A stretch of DNA of 64,000 bases, from contig CBDAOC010000020.1 in the NCBI GenBank assembly GCA_965197925.1, positions 96,001-160,000 of the forward strand. The letters run 5' to 3'. Below are positions 45,190-57,285 of the stretch, piece by piece. The notes under the pieces are model-generated. The model ran no database searches. It saw only the letters and a list, made by a program, of their open reading frames with translations, and was not told the origin of the DNA. The first letter of the stretch is position 1. Every line of letters starts with the position of its first letter. The stretch comes from Nitrososphaerales archaeon (GTDB lineage: Archaea; Thermoproteota; Nitrososphaeria; Nitrososphaerales; UBA213). Position numbers and translations under genes: made by a program.

Positions 45190-45591
45190 CTATCGTTCCG
45201 ACTCCGCCTTTTCCAATACTTCCAATTTTCTATTTAGCTCCTTAACTTCTTTTGAAATTCCCTTTAATTCTCGCAACATCATCTGAACATAAGGATTTTG
45301 CTCCGCCATAATAGTTGCCTCTATTCTTAACTGGTTCTTGTTATGCCAATGTCCTATCCCAATCGCTGTTGGCACATATATTACTGCAAATATTATCGCA
45401 AAAATCCATAAGTTGATAAGTATATCTTGAAAAGAAGACAGGCGTTCTATCAGTAACCTATATTGAATTACAATAAAGTTCGCGAATGTCATAGCAAATA
45501 TTAAGTACAAACTATGACCCATTCTAAAGTCGAACCATCTTCGTCTCATCCACTTCTTATCAAAGGACCTATTTCCCAATGTAACCAACAA
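45190..45591 (-). CDS. Hypothetical 2-TM membrane protein with a C-terminal coiled coil
   Basis: RRWFDFRMGHSLYL, two TM segments and a heptad-rich tail. Confidence 0.75.
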   Translation of the reverse strand: MLVTLGNRSFDKKWMRRRWFDFRMGHSLYLIFAMTFANFIVIQYRLLIERLSSFQDILINLWIFAIIFAVIYVPTAIGIGHWHNKNQLRIEATIMAEQNPYVQMMLRELKGISKEVKELNRKLEVLEKAESER

Positions 45592-45676
45592 AAGACTATC
45601 CTTATATTAATACTAGATATTCATTAACCTCAAGTTGAAATAGATGAATAGTATGCGTGAGCATTAACGAGATAAT

Positions 45677-46776
45677 TGAGGCATGGGCATAATTTCATAA
45701 CAAAAATAACCTGATGCATCTGATTGACTAACTTCCAGGCATATGCTTCAATGCCCTTAATGGCCTTCCTGCCAGATGTAGTACACCATTACCTGATACA
45801 ACAATACAGATAACTATGCAATGCTCCCTGCCTTATCGAACCCCCTAACTGGCAATGGATCTATGGCAAATACATCCTTCATGTGCTCTATCAATGGCCC
45901 AACGCCTATATGCCCCTCCGAGAATATACATACCATCCATACTCCGAGTTATAGAACTGCAACAATGCCTGGTCTATTATTATCTACAACATGCCTGTAC
46001 CTTTCCAATGGGAAACTAGTAGATGCTCCCTATACCTGCTGGAATCACGTAACTCATGATCATCATATCCTTCATCTCCTACAACATACCTTACCATTCC
46101 TGTAGGCAATGAAGATGTCATGCTTTCATACATCTTGTTATCAGTAATGTTAGCTGTTGTGAAATCAGCTGATAATGGAACCATCAATGAACCTGTGCTA
46201 CATGTAGATGCAGTTTGTATCCGAACATCCATCCCTTGGTTCTACTGAATCCCCATTTTGCATCTGAATCTATACCTGAACGCGGTACTTCATTCTTCCC
46301 CATGCCGGATTTGTGCCATGCATGTCCCTTTGCTTTCAACAAGGAACCGTCAACGGATATTATTGCCGGGTCTGCCAACCCATCTTTTACGAAGGGCATG
46401 CCCATGGCATCCATCCTTGATCTTATGTCAACTGATATTACCTTGAACCTTCTGTCGAATGTTCTTCTGTCTGGTAATCTATCAAGACCACATGCCTTCA
46501 TTACCTTCCTGTTGTATGGCATGTCTATCGAAAAGTATTCATGCAAGGCATATTGTTGCCTGGTATTCTTACCCATACCTTTACGATGAAGCATCCCATC
46601 ATTACCGTGGAAGAATAGTAGAATGGTCTCCCCTTTTCCCATCAGGTTTTGACCGAGGAATCACGCTAATCAAAAATAATATACGAAGAAGTATGGAGTC
46701 TGGGCTAAACACATCAACAATTGGAACTGGAACCTGATCTTATCGTTTCGAGCTACTTAATTATGCCCAAGCCTCA
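45677..46776 (-). mobile_element. Full-length degenerate copy of the IS at 30263
   Basis: IRs TGAGGCATGGGCATAATT / AATTATGCCCAAGCCTCA and a frameshifted transposase. Confidence 0.88.
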
Positions 46777-47115
46777 ATTAATTCCTGAAGATAAGAATCT
46801 ATTTTTTAGGTTAATCCTGAATTTCGGTTTGAATACTACAAATTTAAAGCCATGTTTTTCGAGCGTGCCTTTAATTTTGCTAGTTCTAGGATGCGGGTCA
46901 GGGCTCATATGAATGTAAGTTATACAGATCTGTTATACAGATCTGTCTGGAGGAATTTTCCACGCTCAAGTTTTGAGTTGCATTAGATCTTGGGTTGGTT
47001 TTACCTTCCATGATTCCTGCATCTCCCATCCTATGATTTAAGATATTTACAAGTATAGAATAGGCACGTAATATACCTAATTCAAGCTGTCTTATGGGTT
47101 TCCAGTATACTTCGT

Positions 47116-48336
47116 TCATACACTCTTCATTTTCATAAGCTCTTGATAAACTGAAAGTAACCTCTTGCCTACTCCTCGCAAAGAGTAATCCTTTTCAATC
47201 TTATCTCGTGCATTTTTAGCAATTTTCTTTGATAGTTCTTTATCGGATAGAACACTTGATATCTTTTGGGAGAAATCCACTGGGTTATTCGGTTCTGCCA
47301 TCAAAAAAGTGGCATTGGCATCCATCAGTTCTCTTACACCTGCTACATCTGTTGCAACCACGGGCAGTCCTGATGCCATCGCCTCTAAAAGCTTAACCGG
47401 TACTGCTATCTCAGTAGTTTTGATCTTCGGTCTAGGAATTATAAACACAGTTGCTTGTCTCATGATATTTGGTATTTCGGAATGAGGTAATTGATAAAAC
47501 TTCACTTTATGTCCAATAGCGAGCTCTCGTGCTATTCTCATGTATTTTTTATCTGGATCGGTAGTAACAACATGTAATGTCACATCGCTCATCTGCTGGC
47601 AAACCATAGCAAAGGACATCAACATAAAATCTATACCTTGCCACTTCTGTAAACCACCAACGTACAAAATTATCTTCTCCTCTCTCTTTTCTTGCGCTGT
47701 AGATAGGTCAGGTTTAAATTTTCCTTCATCGACTGCAAATGATACTATTCGAACCTTTTCTTCAGATACGTACTGCTTCACTATTTCTGCTACACCCAAA
47801 CTAGAGGCTATTATCATATTAGCCAGTTTGAATCCTACACTTTCCACGGTTCGCATTATCCTTACTTTGGAGCTGTGTGGAGAGAGACCCTTGTCAACCA
47901 TTTCGATAGACATAATTGCAGCCTCAAGTACCACGGGTTTTCTTTTAGAGATCTTATTTACTAATAGCATTGCTAGAGCAACATATGGATGGCGTACATG
48001 AAACAATTGCACAGGATATTTCTGTGCTACATTATGAGCCTTTGTAGCAAGTCTCAAAGGATTTAGAAGCATATCAGCCACAAAGTTAAGGTATGGAAGA
48101 CATATGTACCGAGTTCTGTGAATCTTGATGCCCTCTTCAATGTCTGGTTCCTCTCTATTGGAACCACTATATGTCACTAAATGAACTTCTGCGCCACACT
48201 TCCGTATAGCTTTGCATCTATTGATAATATTCACAGAATCCCCTCTACTACTTGGTATAGGTGCTGTAACAACCATGCAAATTTTCATATTTGAGTTGGG
48301 GGTCACAACCATGGAAATTTCACAGCCTTTTTTCAC
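47116..48336 (-). CDS. GT4 glycosyltransferase
   Basis: YVGGL..WQGID and P.KLLEAMASGLPVVATDV.G. Confidence 0.9.
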   Translation of the reverse strand: MKKGCEISMVVTPNSNMKICMVVTAPIPSSRGDSVNIINRCKAIRKCGAEVHLVTYSGSNREEPDIEEGIKIHRTRYICLPYLNFVADMLLNPLRLATKAHNVAQKYPVQLFHVRHPYVALAMLLVNKISKRKPVVLEAAIMSIEMVDKGLSPHSSKVRIMRTVESVGFKLANMIIASSLGVAEIVKQYVSEEKVRIVSFAVDEGKFKPDLSTAQEKREEKIILYVGGLQKWQGIDFMLMSFAMVCQQMSDVTLHVVTTDPDKKYMRIARELAIGHKVKFYQLPHSEIPNIMRQATVFIIPRPKIKTTEIAVPVKLLEAMASGLPVVATDVAGVRELMDANATFLMAEPNNPVDFSQKISSVLSDKELSKKIAKNARDKIEKDYSLRGVGKRLLSVYQELMKMKSV

Positions 48337-49124
48337 TATTTAAATATTAGACATAAGAATTAGTGTGATCGAATATCGTGTCTTCTATGTAATAAGAGAG
48401 ATTTCAACAAATACAGATAATATGATCAGGATTTGCTCTCAAGAGTATACTACGGCAATTCTTGATGCAAAAATGAAATGTCAAATTATTGTAACGGAAT
48501 GTTTTTAGTCTGATTAGTCTTCAGCTAGATTTGGTGCCTGCTAGATCAGCATTTTTGAGATTCATGAAGGATATATTGTGGGTCGCTTATATTGAATGTG
48601 ATTATATTGAATGTGATTACCAACGGTTTATCATTGAATTAAAATTCAGCCGATTGTTGAAACATATTAAAAAGTAACATATCTATTTATTTCAAATCTT
48701 CGAATTCAACAACCAACATTGTTGACTTGTGAATAAGTTACTAAATTTGAGTCTGATGCTATTAATAAGTAGTCTATCTAGTTTTGAATTGTACTGAAAG
48801 GTCTTAAAGTCTAGAATGCTAATCCCTAGATTTTGCAAAACATTTCAAAATCCTTGATAGACCAGTGATACAGATGTGTAAATGATTGCCTGGGAAAATA
48901 TCCTTTTAACAGCTGAATTCTCCATTTTATATAGGCGCTATTGGGTATAGCTACTATCACAGCTTTTCTTGCCTGATGAATTGCTTCTGAGAGTAGTCTA
49001 TCTATATTAATAATATGTTCTAGAACTTCCTAGCATCTTGATCTCTCAACAATATATATGGAAAACAAGTCCAAGGCAGGTCAGGCATGAATAATTGATA
49101 GTGGAGTCTAGATGCTTAGCCTAA

Positions 49125-50160
49125 GAGCCTATCCTAAAATTCTAGCTGATAGTTAACGATTGGTAGAAATGATAACGTTTAGAATGCAAGAATATTAGTT
49201 CATACTGTCAGGTTTAGTTTTCTTGCTATTGATTTTATTAGTATTGTAGATAGTAGATACTAGAAACAGTTGCATTAACGTGTTTATGACACTACCAATA
49301 TATCGCTCTATACACTATTAGACAGTTAGCAAATTGCAATGCTCGATAATTCTCTCTCTTCTCGAATCTTATCAATAACTTTCTGAACCTGTTATGCCAA
49401 GATGCGGTTCTTTCTACAATTCATCTCTTTGCTTTGTACAAATTCTTTTTCAACACTTCATCCTTATGACGCGTGTGATCTACATATACCCTTCCTAACT
49501 CCATACTCTATCTCAGGAAAATCATATCCTATTCATGCATATGTTCTGTTTAACTTTGGGCCTATCAACAACAATGCTATCTATTGTAGGAAAGGCTGAT
49601 TTCATATCGTGTTTATTTGCTCCAGTAATTACAGATGAGAGAGGAATACCTCTTCTATCAACCAGCATGTGACGTTTGGTACCTAGCTTGCCTCTATCCG
49701 TTGGGTTTGCTCCGGTCGTTTTCCCCCTAATGGGGCCTTCGATACGCTATCCATGTATTGCCAGTCCCATCCTATACTCTTCAATTCATCATATATTTCC
49801 AGTAGCCTCTTCCATACCTTCTCGAATACTCCTATGCTAACCCATTCCTGAAATCTTGCATGGCAGGTTGAGCCAGAACCAAATTCTTTCGGCACCTTCT
49901 TCCACTGGCATCCAGTTCTTAATACATACAGTATTCCATTCAATACTTTTCTAAATGACACAGCTGGTCTTCCAACTGTTCCTGCCGGTTTCCCTGGTGG
50001 CAGCACTAGTTCGAGCTCTTCCCATAGATCGTCTGGTATATGCCATATGGTTGACATGCTCTTTTTCTTAGCTTTTATCACAAATTTAGCTAGAGAGGAC
50101 AGATCTAGATCTGTTTCGGTATAAACAATTAGGCTATGATGTTAATTTTAGTACAGGCTC
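49125..50160 (-). mobile_element. IS5-family element copy D (inverted), degenerate
   Basis: IRs GAGCCTATCCTAAAATT / AATTTTAGTACAGGCTC, flanked by TAA on both sides. Confidence 0.9.
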
Positions 50161-50196
50161 TAAGACTTATTAAGAAACGCAATATACTCTTAGAAA

Positions 50197-51126
50197 TTGC
50201 ATAATGATAGAATTCTAGTAACTGGAGGTGCTGGTTTTATAGGAAGTCATACCGTTGATACTCTAGTAGAAAATGGATATGAAGTTATAGTTCTTGATAA
50301 TCTCAGTACCGGTAAACTTGATAACATAAAATCTTATGTTGATAATAGGGATATCAAATTCATAAAAGGTGATATAAGGAATCACAACATCGTCAAGAAA
50401 GCGATACAGGGATGTATTGCCGTAATTCATCTGGCTGCTATAGGAAGTGTCCCTCAATCTATCAAGGACCCCCTAATAGTAAATAGTGTTAATGTTAATG
50501 GAACACTAAATGTTTTGAATTCTGCCATCAGCTCAAAGATCAGCAAGTTCATATTTGCTTCTTCAGCAGCAGTGTATGGAGATGCAGAACCACCCCATCG
50601 TGAAGAATTGCGCCTGATGGCATTATCGCCTTATGCGGCAACAAAAATAGCTGGAGAATATCTCTGTGAATCTTTCCAGACATCCTATGAGCTACCTGTC
50701 TGGATACTTCGATACTTCAATGTCTATGGGCCAAGAATGAAAAGTGACACTTATGGTTCCGTTATCATAAGCTTTGGAAAGAAAATCGCAGCAAATAGGC
50801 AACCAATAATAAATGGTGATGGTAAACAAATTAGAGACTTTATACATGTTATGGATGTTGTGAAAGCCACTTTGCTGGCATTGAAAAGCCAAAACGTAAC
50901 TGGAGATGTATATAATGTAGGTACAGGAAAGCCTACCAGTATTATATCCCTATGTAGTATCCTTATGGAAATTCTAGGTCGAAAAATAAAACCCAAGTAT
51001 GTTAGTGCCAGGCCAGGAGAAGTAAAGGAGAGTTATCCAGATATATCGTTGATTAGAAAGAAATTAGGTTTCAATACTAGTATTTCTCTCAGGAAAGGAT
51101 TGAAGATGCTGCTAACTGAATCCTGA
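50197..51126 (+). CDS. NAD-dependent nucleotide-sugar epimerase/dehydratase (GalE/WbpP-like)
   Basis: TGGAGFIGSH, HLAA, SSAAVYG, YAATK, RYFNVYGP and RDFIHV.D. Confidence 0.93.
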   Translation: MHNDRILVTGGAGFIGSHTVDTLVENGYEVIVLDNLSTGKLDNIKSYVDNRDIKFIKGDIRNHNIVKKAIQGCIAVIHLAAIGSVPQSIKDPLIVNSVNVNGTLNVLNSAISSKISKFIFASSAAVYGDAEPPHREELRLMALSPYAATKIAGEYLCESFQTSYELPVWILRYFNVYGPRMKSDTYGSVIISFGKKIAANRQPIINGDGKQIRDFIHVMDVVKATLLALKSQNVTGDVYNVGTGKPTSIISLCSILMEILGRKIKPKYVSARPGEVKESYPDISLIRKKLGFNTSISLRKGLKMLLTES

Positions 51127-51197
51127 ATGATCTCCGTAGCAAATTTTGTGTAATGCAGCCTAGAAGAGATATATGTTGACTGGAGCGGACTTGAACT

Positions 51198-52079
51198 ATG
51201 ATCGGCGTAATAGGCGGAAATTTTTTTGCTAATGCTTTGGTCCAAGAATTGGAAAAAACTGTAGACATAAAATTGATTTCAACTGATTTAAGAGATCCCC
51301 AACTAGCAAAGAAAGCCGCAGATAGAGAAATCATCCATTACATATATTCTCCTATAGTCACTGTTGGTGGATTGCGCAGCGTGCAGAAACTAAAAAAAAT
51401 GAAGAAGAAAATCATCATCCATTGGATAGGAACTGATGTTTATAATGCCCTTAACAGCCATAAGTCAAAGTTCATTACAAAAAAGTACAAGGATCTGATC
51501 GATGTTCACCTTGCAGTGCATTCTAGATTAGTGAATGAACTTAATTCCGTGGGGATAAGTTGCCAAGAAGTTCCATTACCGACATTCAGACTTTATCCGG
51601 TCAACCCAATACCTGTAAAAAAGAAGATCCTGGTCTATCTTCCCGACTCGACAAGTGATTTTTTCGGGAAGTCAGTGATCAATAAATTATTCGATTCCTT
51701 CCCAGAGTTAGACTTTATAGTTCTGCCAAACTCTGGTAAAGATCACAGTAGAACAAATGTAACCTGCTTGTCATGGGTTGATAATATGGAAGAAATCTAT
51801 CGGGATATTGCTCTATTCATCAGATTACCGGTCCATGATGGCCTCCCAAATTCTGTTATAGAAGCTTTATCGATGGGTAGATATGTTATTTACTCTCAAG
51901 AGTTTCCCTATTGTGAGTATGCATCATCATTTGAGGAAGTTAAGACAAACCTAATGAATATACTACAAAAATCTTCACCTAACCAAGAAGGTTCAAATTA
52001 TGTTTATAGAAATTATAACAAGAACAGAATTATCGAGAAAATACTCGATATTTATAAACAACTCAGATTCGATCAGTGA
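51198..52079 (+). CDS. Glycosyltransferase-like protein
   Basis: HWIGTDV and R.P.HDG.P..V.EALSMGR.V. Confidence 0.78.
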   Translation: MIGVIGGNFFANALVQELEKTVDIKLISTDLRDPQLAKKAADREIIHYIYSPIVTVGGLRSVQKLKKMKKKIIIHWIGTDVYNALNSHKSKFITKKYKDLIDVHLAVHSRLVNELNSVGISCQEVPLPTFRLYPVNPIPVKKKILVYLPDSTSDFFGKSVINKLFDSFPELDFIVLPNSGKDHSRTNVTCLSWVDNMEEIYRDIALFIRLPVHDGLPNSVIEALSMGRYVIYSQEFPYCEYASSFEEVKTNLMNILQKSSPNQEGSNYVYRNYNKNRIIEKILDIYKQLRFDQ

Positions 52080-52209
52080 GAGGATTACTTATTGGTATAA
52101 ACCTACTTCTATCATTAAATATTTATTGATGATTTAGCCGTACTAATATGGAGTAATGCCAAAAGTGGTTTAGGCGAAGATGGTATGACTTCAGAAGTGG
52201 TCATACTCT

Positions 52210-53093
52210 CAACTCATCTCAAAACTAACCATTTAGACAATTTTTAGCGACCATTTAGATCCATGAATAGCGACATCTAAAATTATTTTATGAAATTCCA
52301 AGAATTATCAGACAAACAGTGGAGTATGATGGAATCACACATACCACCACATGCAAAAACTGGCAGGCCTAGGGATTATGATAGAAAAATCATTAACGGA
52401 ATAATCCATGTTCTAACTACTGGATGCCGATGGGACGATATGCCAAAAAGATATGGTGATGATTCTACTGCAAACAGAGGGTTAAACAAATGGCAACAAA
52501 AAGGAATCTGGAAAAAGATTCTATCACGTACTATTCACTCAGCACATAAATCTGGCAAAATTAATCTAAAAAAAATATCAGTTGACTCTTCATCCATTCC
52601 TGATAAAAAAGGGGCAATGTAACTGGATATAATGGATTCAAGAGAATAACAGGTACAAAAATACATGCCGCAGTAGAGGGTAACGGATTTCCAATATCCA
52701 TACTGTTGAGTCCAGCAAATGAACATGACAGTACAAAATGCATGGATGTTACAGGATCAATTTCAGACTATCTTGATGATGATTCAATACAACAGATAGA
52801 ACCAGTTTATGCAGACAAAGGGCATGATGCAAAATACATCAGAATGTATTTGTGGTTGTGGAATAGAAATATTGCATGTTGCATCCCATACAAAATAAAT
52901 TCCAAGTTCATCTTGCAAAATAATGATTGCAAACATTACAACAAGACAAGATTTGTAGTTGAGAGATTCCTTGCATGGCTCAAGAATGGATTTCACAGAA
53001 CAAGAACCAGGTATGAAAGAACGGCAGAAAACTATCTGGCATTTGTTAATCCCGCATCATTTTTGATGTATTGTAGGGTTTTGAGATGAGTTG
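52210..53093 (+). mobile_element. IS5-family (IS427-like) element with a two-ORF transposase
   Basis: Perfect 16-bp IRs CAACTCATCTCAAAAC / GTTTTGAGATGAGTTG, a CT duplication, TGCRW, an AAAAAAGGGG frameshift motif, ADKG.D and RFVVER..AWL. Confidence 0.9.
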
Positions 53094-53095
53094 CT

Positions 53096-53941
53096 GACAT
53101 AATTCACGCTCATAATTTATTTGCAGCAAAGTTAGCGTCAGAATTCGATGTTCCGTTAGTTTTCGATGATCATGAATATATGTCGATGCGTGTTAAGGCT
53201 CTAACTGAGACATTAAAAAATAAATCAGTGAGGAAAAAATCTTCGCTTTGGCTTGCAAACAGGAAATGGCCTAAATGGGAACGAGTTTTGATCGAGTCAG
53301 TTCCCACCATAGTTGCATCAGATGTCGTAGCACAGGAATACAAAAGCAAGGGAAGTAGGGTGTTTGTTGTGCCCAATTATCCCAACAAAGACGAAGTTAA
53401 AGAGTTTAGTTCGGTAAAGACAATAGATTCCAAACTTTCGTCCGTTTATGTAGGCTTCGACAGTGAAACAGAACCACTTCCGCACAGGAATATTGTAGGT
53501 TTCACCAACCTTTTTTTCCTGCATGATATTGGCAACTTGACAATGATAGGCGCAAAGGGCATTAGTAGACTTCCTGTCAATTATACAGGGCCGCTTATCA
53601 GGAGAGATATGTATCAAGAGATGAGCAAACATCACATTGGTATAATACCTTGGAGGAAACACTGGCTTCATAAGTATAGCAATCCCAATAAGGCATTTGA
53701 ATACGTGCATTCAGGCCTCTTTGTGTTAACAGTAGGTACCTTAGATTATGTTACAACAAATCTTAGGGAACACTGCATCGCTTTCGACGATTACGATGAA
53801 CTTATTAAACATCTTTCTTATATAAAAGAGCACATCGATGTGGTTAACAAGAAAAGAATTGCGAGTCTTCGATACGCTCGTGAATATTTGCTGTGGGAGA
53901 GGTATGAACAAAACATATTTGAATCCTACAAAATCGCCTAA
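53096..53941 (+). pseudogene. Glycosyltransferase, N-terminally interrupted by an IS
   Basis: The frame resumes right after the IS as DIIHAHN..VFDDHE and later contains PNKAFEY. Confidence 0.75.
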
Positions 53942-54013
53942 ATTACGCTTACCATGCGCTAAATCTATGCTTAATAATATCTTTAATCAAACAAAATCAG
54001 GAATTCGTAAGTT

Positions 54014-55132
54014 ATGAACGACGGCCTCAGATTTAATTCGATTCAAAGTATGGATTCGCGATATCGAGGTAGACAGATCTCTATAACGTATCTTCATACT
54101 AATCCTGACCTGCACCCTAGAACTCACAAAATTAAAGATAGTCTTGAAAAGCATGGATTTAGATTTGCGGTGTTCAAACCAAGGTACAGAATCAACCTTA
54201 GGAATAGAATATTATCTTCAGGGATTAATTACTTCTTGTTTTTCTGGCAAAGCCTTTTTGTTCCAGGGGACATTTTATGGATTGCCAATTGTCCCGATAC
54301 CGTTGGTGTAGGACCATGGTTGACTGGGAAAAAGTATGTTTATGATTATCGCTCTCCATGGTCCAAAGAAGTTGAAATTGAATTCGGGAAGGGGATCTTT
54401 TCTAAATTGGCAGGTTTGATCGAACGGAGAGTAAGAAAAGGTGCAAGTGCAATAGTTGTGGTATCATCTAAAATGCTAAATGATGTAAAACTTTTAGGGA
54501 AACCCGTCTTTGTGGTACCGAACTATCCTTCGAGATACTTTGTACCTTCCGAAAGTAAAGAATCTGTGCGGACTATTGTCGGTTCCAGTCAGGATACTAA
54601 GGTTGTCCTCTTTGTGGGAAAACTAAGTCGTGTAGAAGGAGCCGATATGCTTGGAAAGATTGCTGAAAAGATAAGTTCCAAGAACGGTTTTGAACTATGG
54701 ATAGTGGGTGATGGCCCGTTAAGACCGCACATCAAAGATTTAACAAATAGATTTTCGGGAGTTGTGAGATTCTTTGGATGGGTTGATCACAAAGATATAC
54801 CAAACTACATTGGAGCAGCAGACGTGTGTATTGTTCCTAGGCATGCCAATACCTTGGCCTACTATTATAGTGAACAGGGTGTACACAAGATAGCTGAATA
54901 CATAGCTTTAGGGAAACCAGTTGTAGCTTGCAATATTGCTGAATCTGACAATTACATTCTTGTGCCTGAGGATTCATTTATTGATGGCATAGAAAAAGCC
55001 ATTAACGGAGGTATTACTAACGCAAAAAGAGGGTTCTGGGAAACTGATAGCGAACCTAGACTGGTCGAAGTAATATCTTCAATTCTTACTTATAATGATG
55101 AAAAGAAACTACCACACCATGATATGAAATAA
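54014..55132 (+). CDS. GT4 glycosyltransferase
   Basis: FVGKL, IVGDGP, ADVCIVP and K..EY.A.GKPVVA. Confidence 0.88.
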   Translation: MNDGLRFNSIQSMDSRYRGRQISITYLHTNPDLHPRTHKIKDSLEKHGFRFAVFKPRYRINLRNRILSSGINYFLFFWQSLFVPGDILWIANCPDTVGVGPWLTGKKYVYDYRSPWSKEVEIEFGKGIFSKLAGLIERRVRKGASAIVVVSSKMLNDVKLLGKPVFVVPNYPSRYFVPSESKESVRTIVGSSQDTKVVLFVGKLSRVEGADMLGKIAEKISSKNGFELWIVGDGPLRPHIKDLTNRFSGVVRFFGWVDHKDIPNYIGAADVCIVPRHANTLAYYYSEQGVHKIAEYIALGKPVVACNIAESDNYILVPEDSFIDGIEKAINGGITNAKRGFWETDSEPRLVEVISSILTYNDEKKLPHHDMK

Positions 55133-55146
55133 GAGGATTTCTAGCG

Positions 55147-56124
55147 ATGAAGAAGGTTGTTTTGCTTGCAGGTGGCGGTGGACATACGGCTTATGCCTAT
55201 GCTCTTGCACAGCACCTCTATGACAGGTGTGAAATGGAGATAATAGTTCCGGAAGCCGATCAACTCAGTTTTAATCGGCTCAAGAGGTTTGGTACAGTAA
55301 AGACTCTATTAAAACCTAGAGGGCCTAAAACTCCCCTTATCCCCTTTATGGGTAGACTAGCAAGATCCTTTTTCCGTTCTTCACGTATGTTAAGAGATAG
55401 GACAGTTATGGTGAGTACTGGTAGTAACTTTTGCATACCTCCTTGCATACTTGCTTGGAAGAACGGGAATCCTATTATAAATTTAGAAAGTTCAATTAGG
55501 TTCACTAGGGCATCAAAAACAGCAAAAATACTTTCTAGAGTTGCCAAAGTAACAGCGTTACAATGGGAAGAGCAAAGGAAATTTCTGCCAAAAGGTGAGG
55601 TGTTTGGGCCTATGCTTGCAAAGCCTGAAATCCAGGCTAAGAAAGGTGAATATATACTAGTTACTGGAGGAACCTACGGCCATAAATTGTTATTTCAGGC
55701 AGTAGATTCATCAAAGATGGATAATGTGTTGCTTCAAGCTGGTGCTCTGTATACTCCGGAGTATTCAAAGAAACATCCTGGCTGGAAGGTCATAGATTAC
55801 AGTACCAACTTTCATGGGCTTATAGCAGAAGCAGAAGTTGTTGTCACGCACTTCGGTGAAACGGTAATAGATTCCGCACTTGTATATGGCAAACCTACTG
55901 TAATTTCTGTTAATCCAGAATGGACGAGAACTGTAGGATTGGATGATGCGGCTATACTTGCAATGAAAGTGAACGGAGTCTTACTCAATGAGTTCAACCC
56001 AGAGGCTTTACAAGAGGCTATAGACAAAGCTAAAAGACAGCGACCACCTAAATTAACAAGTGGAGCAGAATTACTAAGTAGCCATATACTTGACATTGCC
56101 GAAAATATGCAAGGAAAAGGCTAA
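55147..56124 (+). CDS. Alg14/Alg13-like (MurG-type) UDP-GlcNAc transferase
   Basis: N-terminal half GGGGH, STGS, LES..R, QW; C-terminal half LVTGGT.G, VVTH.G.T. Confidence 0.8.
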   Translation: MKKVVLLAGGGGHTAYAYALAQHLYDRCEMEIIVPEADQLSFNRLKRFGTVKTLLKPRGPKTPLIPFMGRLARSFFRSSRMLRDRTVMVSTGSNFCIPPCILAWKNGNPIINLESSIRFTRASKTAKILSRVAKVTALQWEEQRKFLPKGEVFGPMLAKPEIQAKKGEYILVTGGTYGHKLLFQAVDSSKMDNVLLQAGALYTPEYSKKHPGWKVIDYSTNFHGLIAEAEVVVTHFGETVIDSALVYGKPTVISVNPEWTRTVGLDDAAILAMKVNGVLLNEFNPEALQEAIDKAKRQRPPKLTSGAELLSSHILDIAENMQGKG

Positions 56125-56152
56125 AAATGAATAGTCATAATCCCTAGTCAGT

Positions 56153-57250
56153 TTGAAATTAACATTAGTATTTGGAACGCGCCCACAAATTATCAAATGT
56201 GTTCCAGTCATAAGAGAATGTACAAGGAAAAAATTGGATATTACAATAATTAATACAGGTCAACATTATGACTTTGAATTGAGTAGGATTTTTCTCGAAG
56301 AGTTCCATTTGCCTAAGCCAAGATATAATCTTGAGATTGGTTCAGGTTCACATGGCTGGCAGACAGGTAACATCTTGATACATGTCGAGGAGACACTTAA
56401 AAAAGTCAAATCATCTGTTTGTCTTATTCCAGGTGATACTAATTCTGCTATTGCAAGTGCCCTTGCTGCAGTAAAGCTCAAGATACCTGTTGTTCACTTG
56501 GAAGCGGGTTTGAGGAGTTTCGAAGAGTTTATGCCTGAAGAGATCAACAGAAGAGCAATAGATCATTTTGCTCAGTTACTGTTTGCACCTACTCATATTG
56601 CTCAACGAAACCTTATTGCTGAGGGAATCTCTCGTAAGAAAATTGTGTTAAGTGGTGATACTATGTTTGATCTATATTTGCAGGAAAAAGACAGAATTAA
56701 TGAAGCGAAGATGCCTGAGCAAGCAACTGATCTACGTGACTACATAGTGATAACATTGCATAGACAGGAGAATACTGAACAATATAACACCCTAAAAGAA
56801 ATCCTCTCTGCAATTAGGGATTTTGGTATAACAACTGTGTTTCCAATACATCCCAGAACCAAACATAGGCTACAGCAGTTCGGTCTTTTTGGTACTGCCA
56901 AGAGAATCAAGAATTTAATCTTAATTGATCCATTGGGTTACCATGCAATGATGAAATTAATGTCTAGTTCTCTGTTTGTAATGACAGATTCCGGGGGTAT
57001 GCAAAAAGAAGCTTTTATGGAAAATGTTCCTTGTATAACGCTAAGGAAAAATACGGAATGGATAGAAACTCTAAAAATCGGGGCGAATGTACTAGTTAAT
57101 AAACTAGAAAAGAACGAAATACTCAGAATGATGAGACGAGTAAGTAACGAACGTAAATCAATTGTTAAGAAAATAAGAATGAGTAAAAATTCATATGGTG
57201 ACGGTAAGGCGGGTAGCGCAATAGTTAGGCAATTAACACAAAGGTTTTAG
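56153..57250 (+). CDS. wecB: UDP-N-acetylglucosamine 2-epimerase (non-hydrolysing)
   Basis: GTRPQIIK, TGQHYD, GDTNS, HLEAGLRS, MPEEINR, TDSGG.QKEA and YGDG.A. Confidence 0.95.
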   Translation: MKLTLVFGTRPQIIKCVPVIRECTRKKLDITIINTGQHYDFELSRIFLEEFHLPKPRYNLEIGSGSHGWQTGNILIHVEETLKKVKSSVCLIPGDTNSAIASALAAVKLKIPVVHLEAGLRSFEEFMPEEINRRAIDHFAQLLFAPTHIAQRNLIAEGISRKKIVLSGDTMFDLYLQEKDRINEAKMPEQATDLRDYIVITLHRQENTEQYNTLKEILSAIRDFGITTVFPIHPRTKHRLQQFGLFGTAKRIKNLILIDPLGYHAMMKLMSSSLFVMTDSGGMQKEAFMENVPCITLRKNTEWIETLKIGANVLVNKLEKNEILRMMRRVSNERKSIVKKIRMSKNSYGDGKAGSAIVRQLTQRF

Positions 57251-57285
57251 ATATCTAAAAGTGGGAACCTAAGTTAACCCTACTC

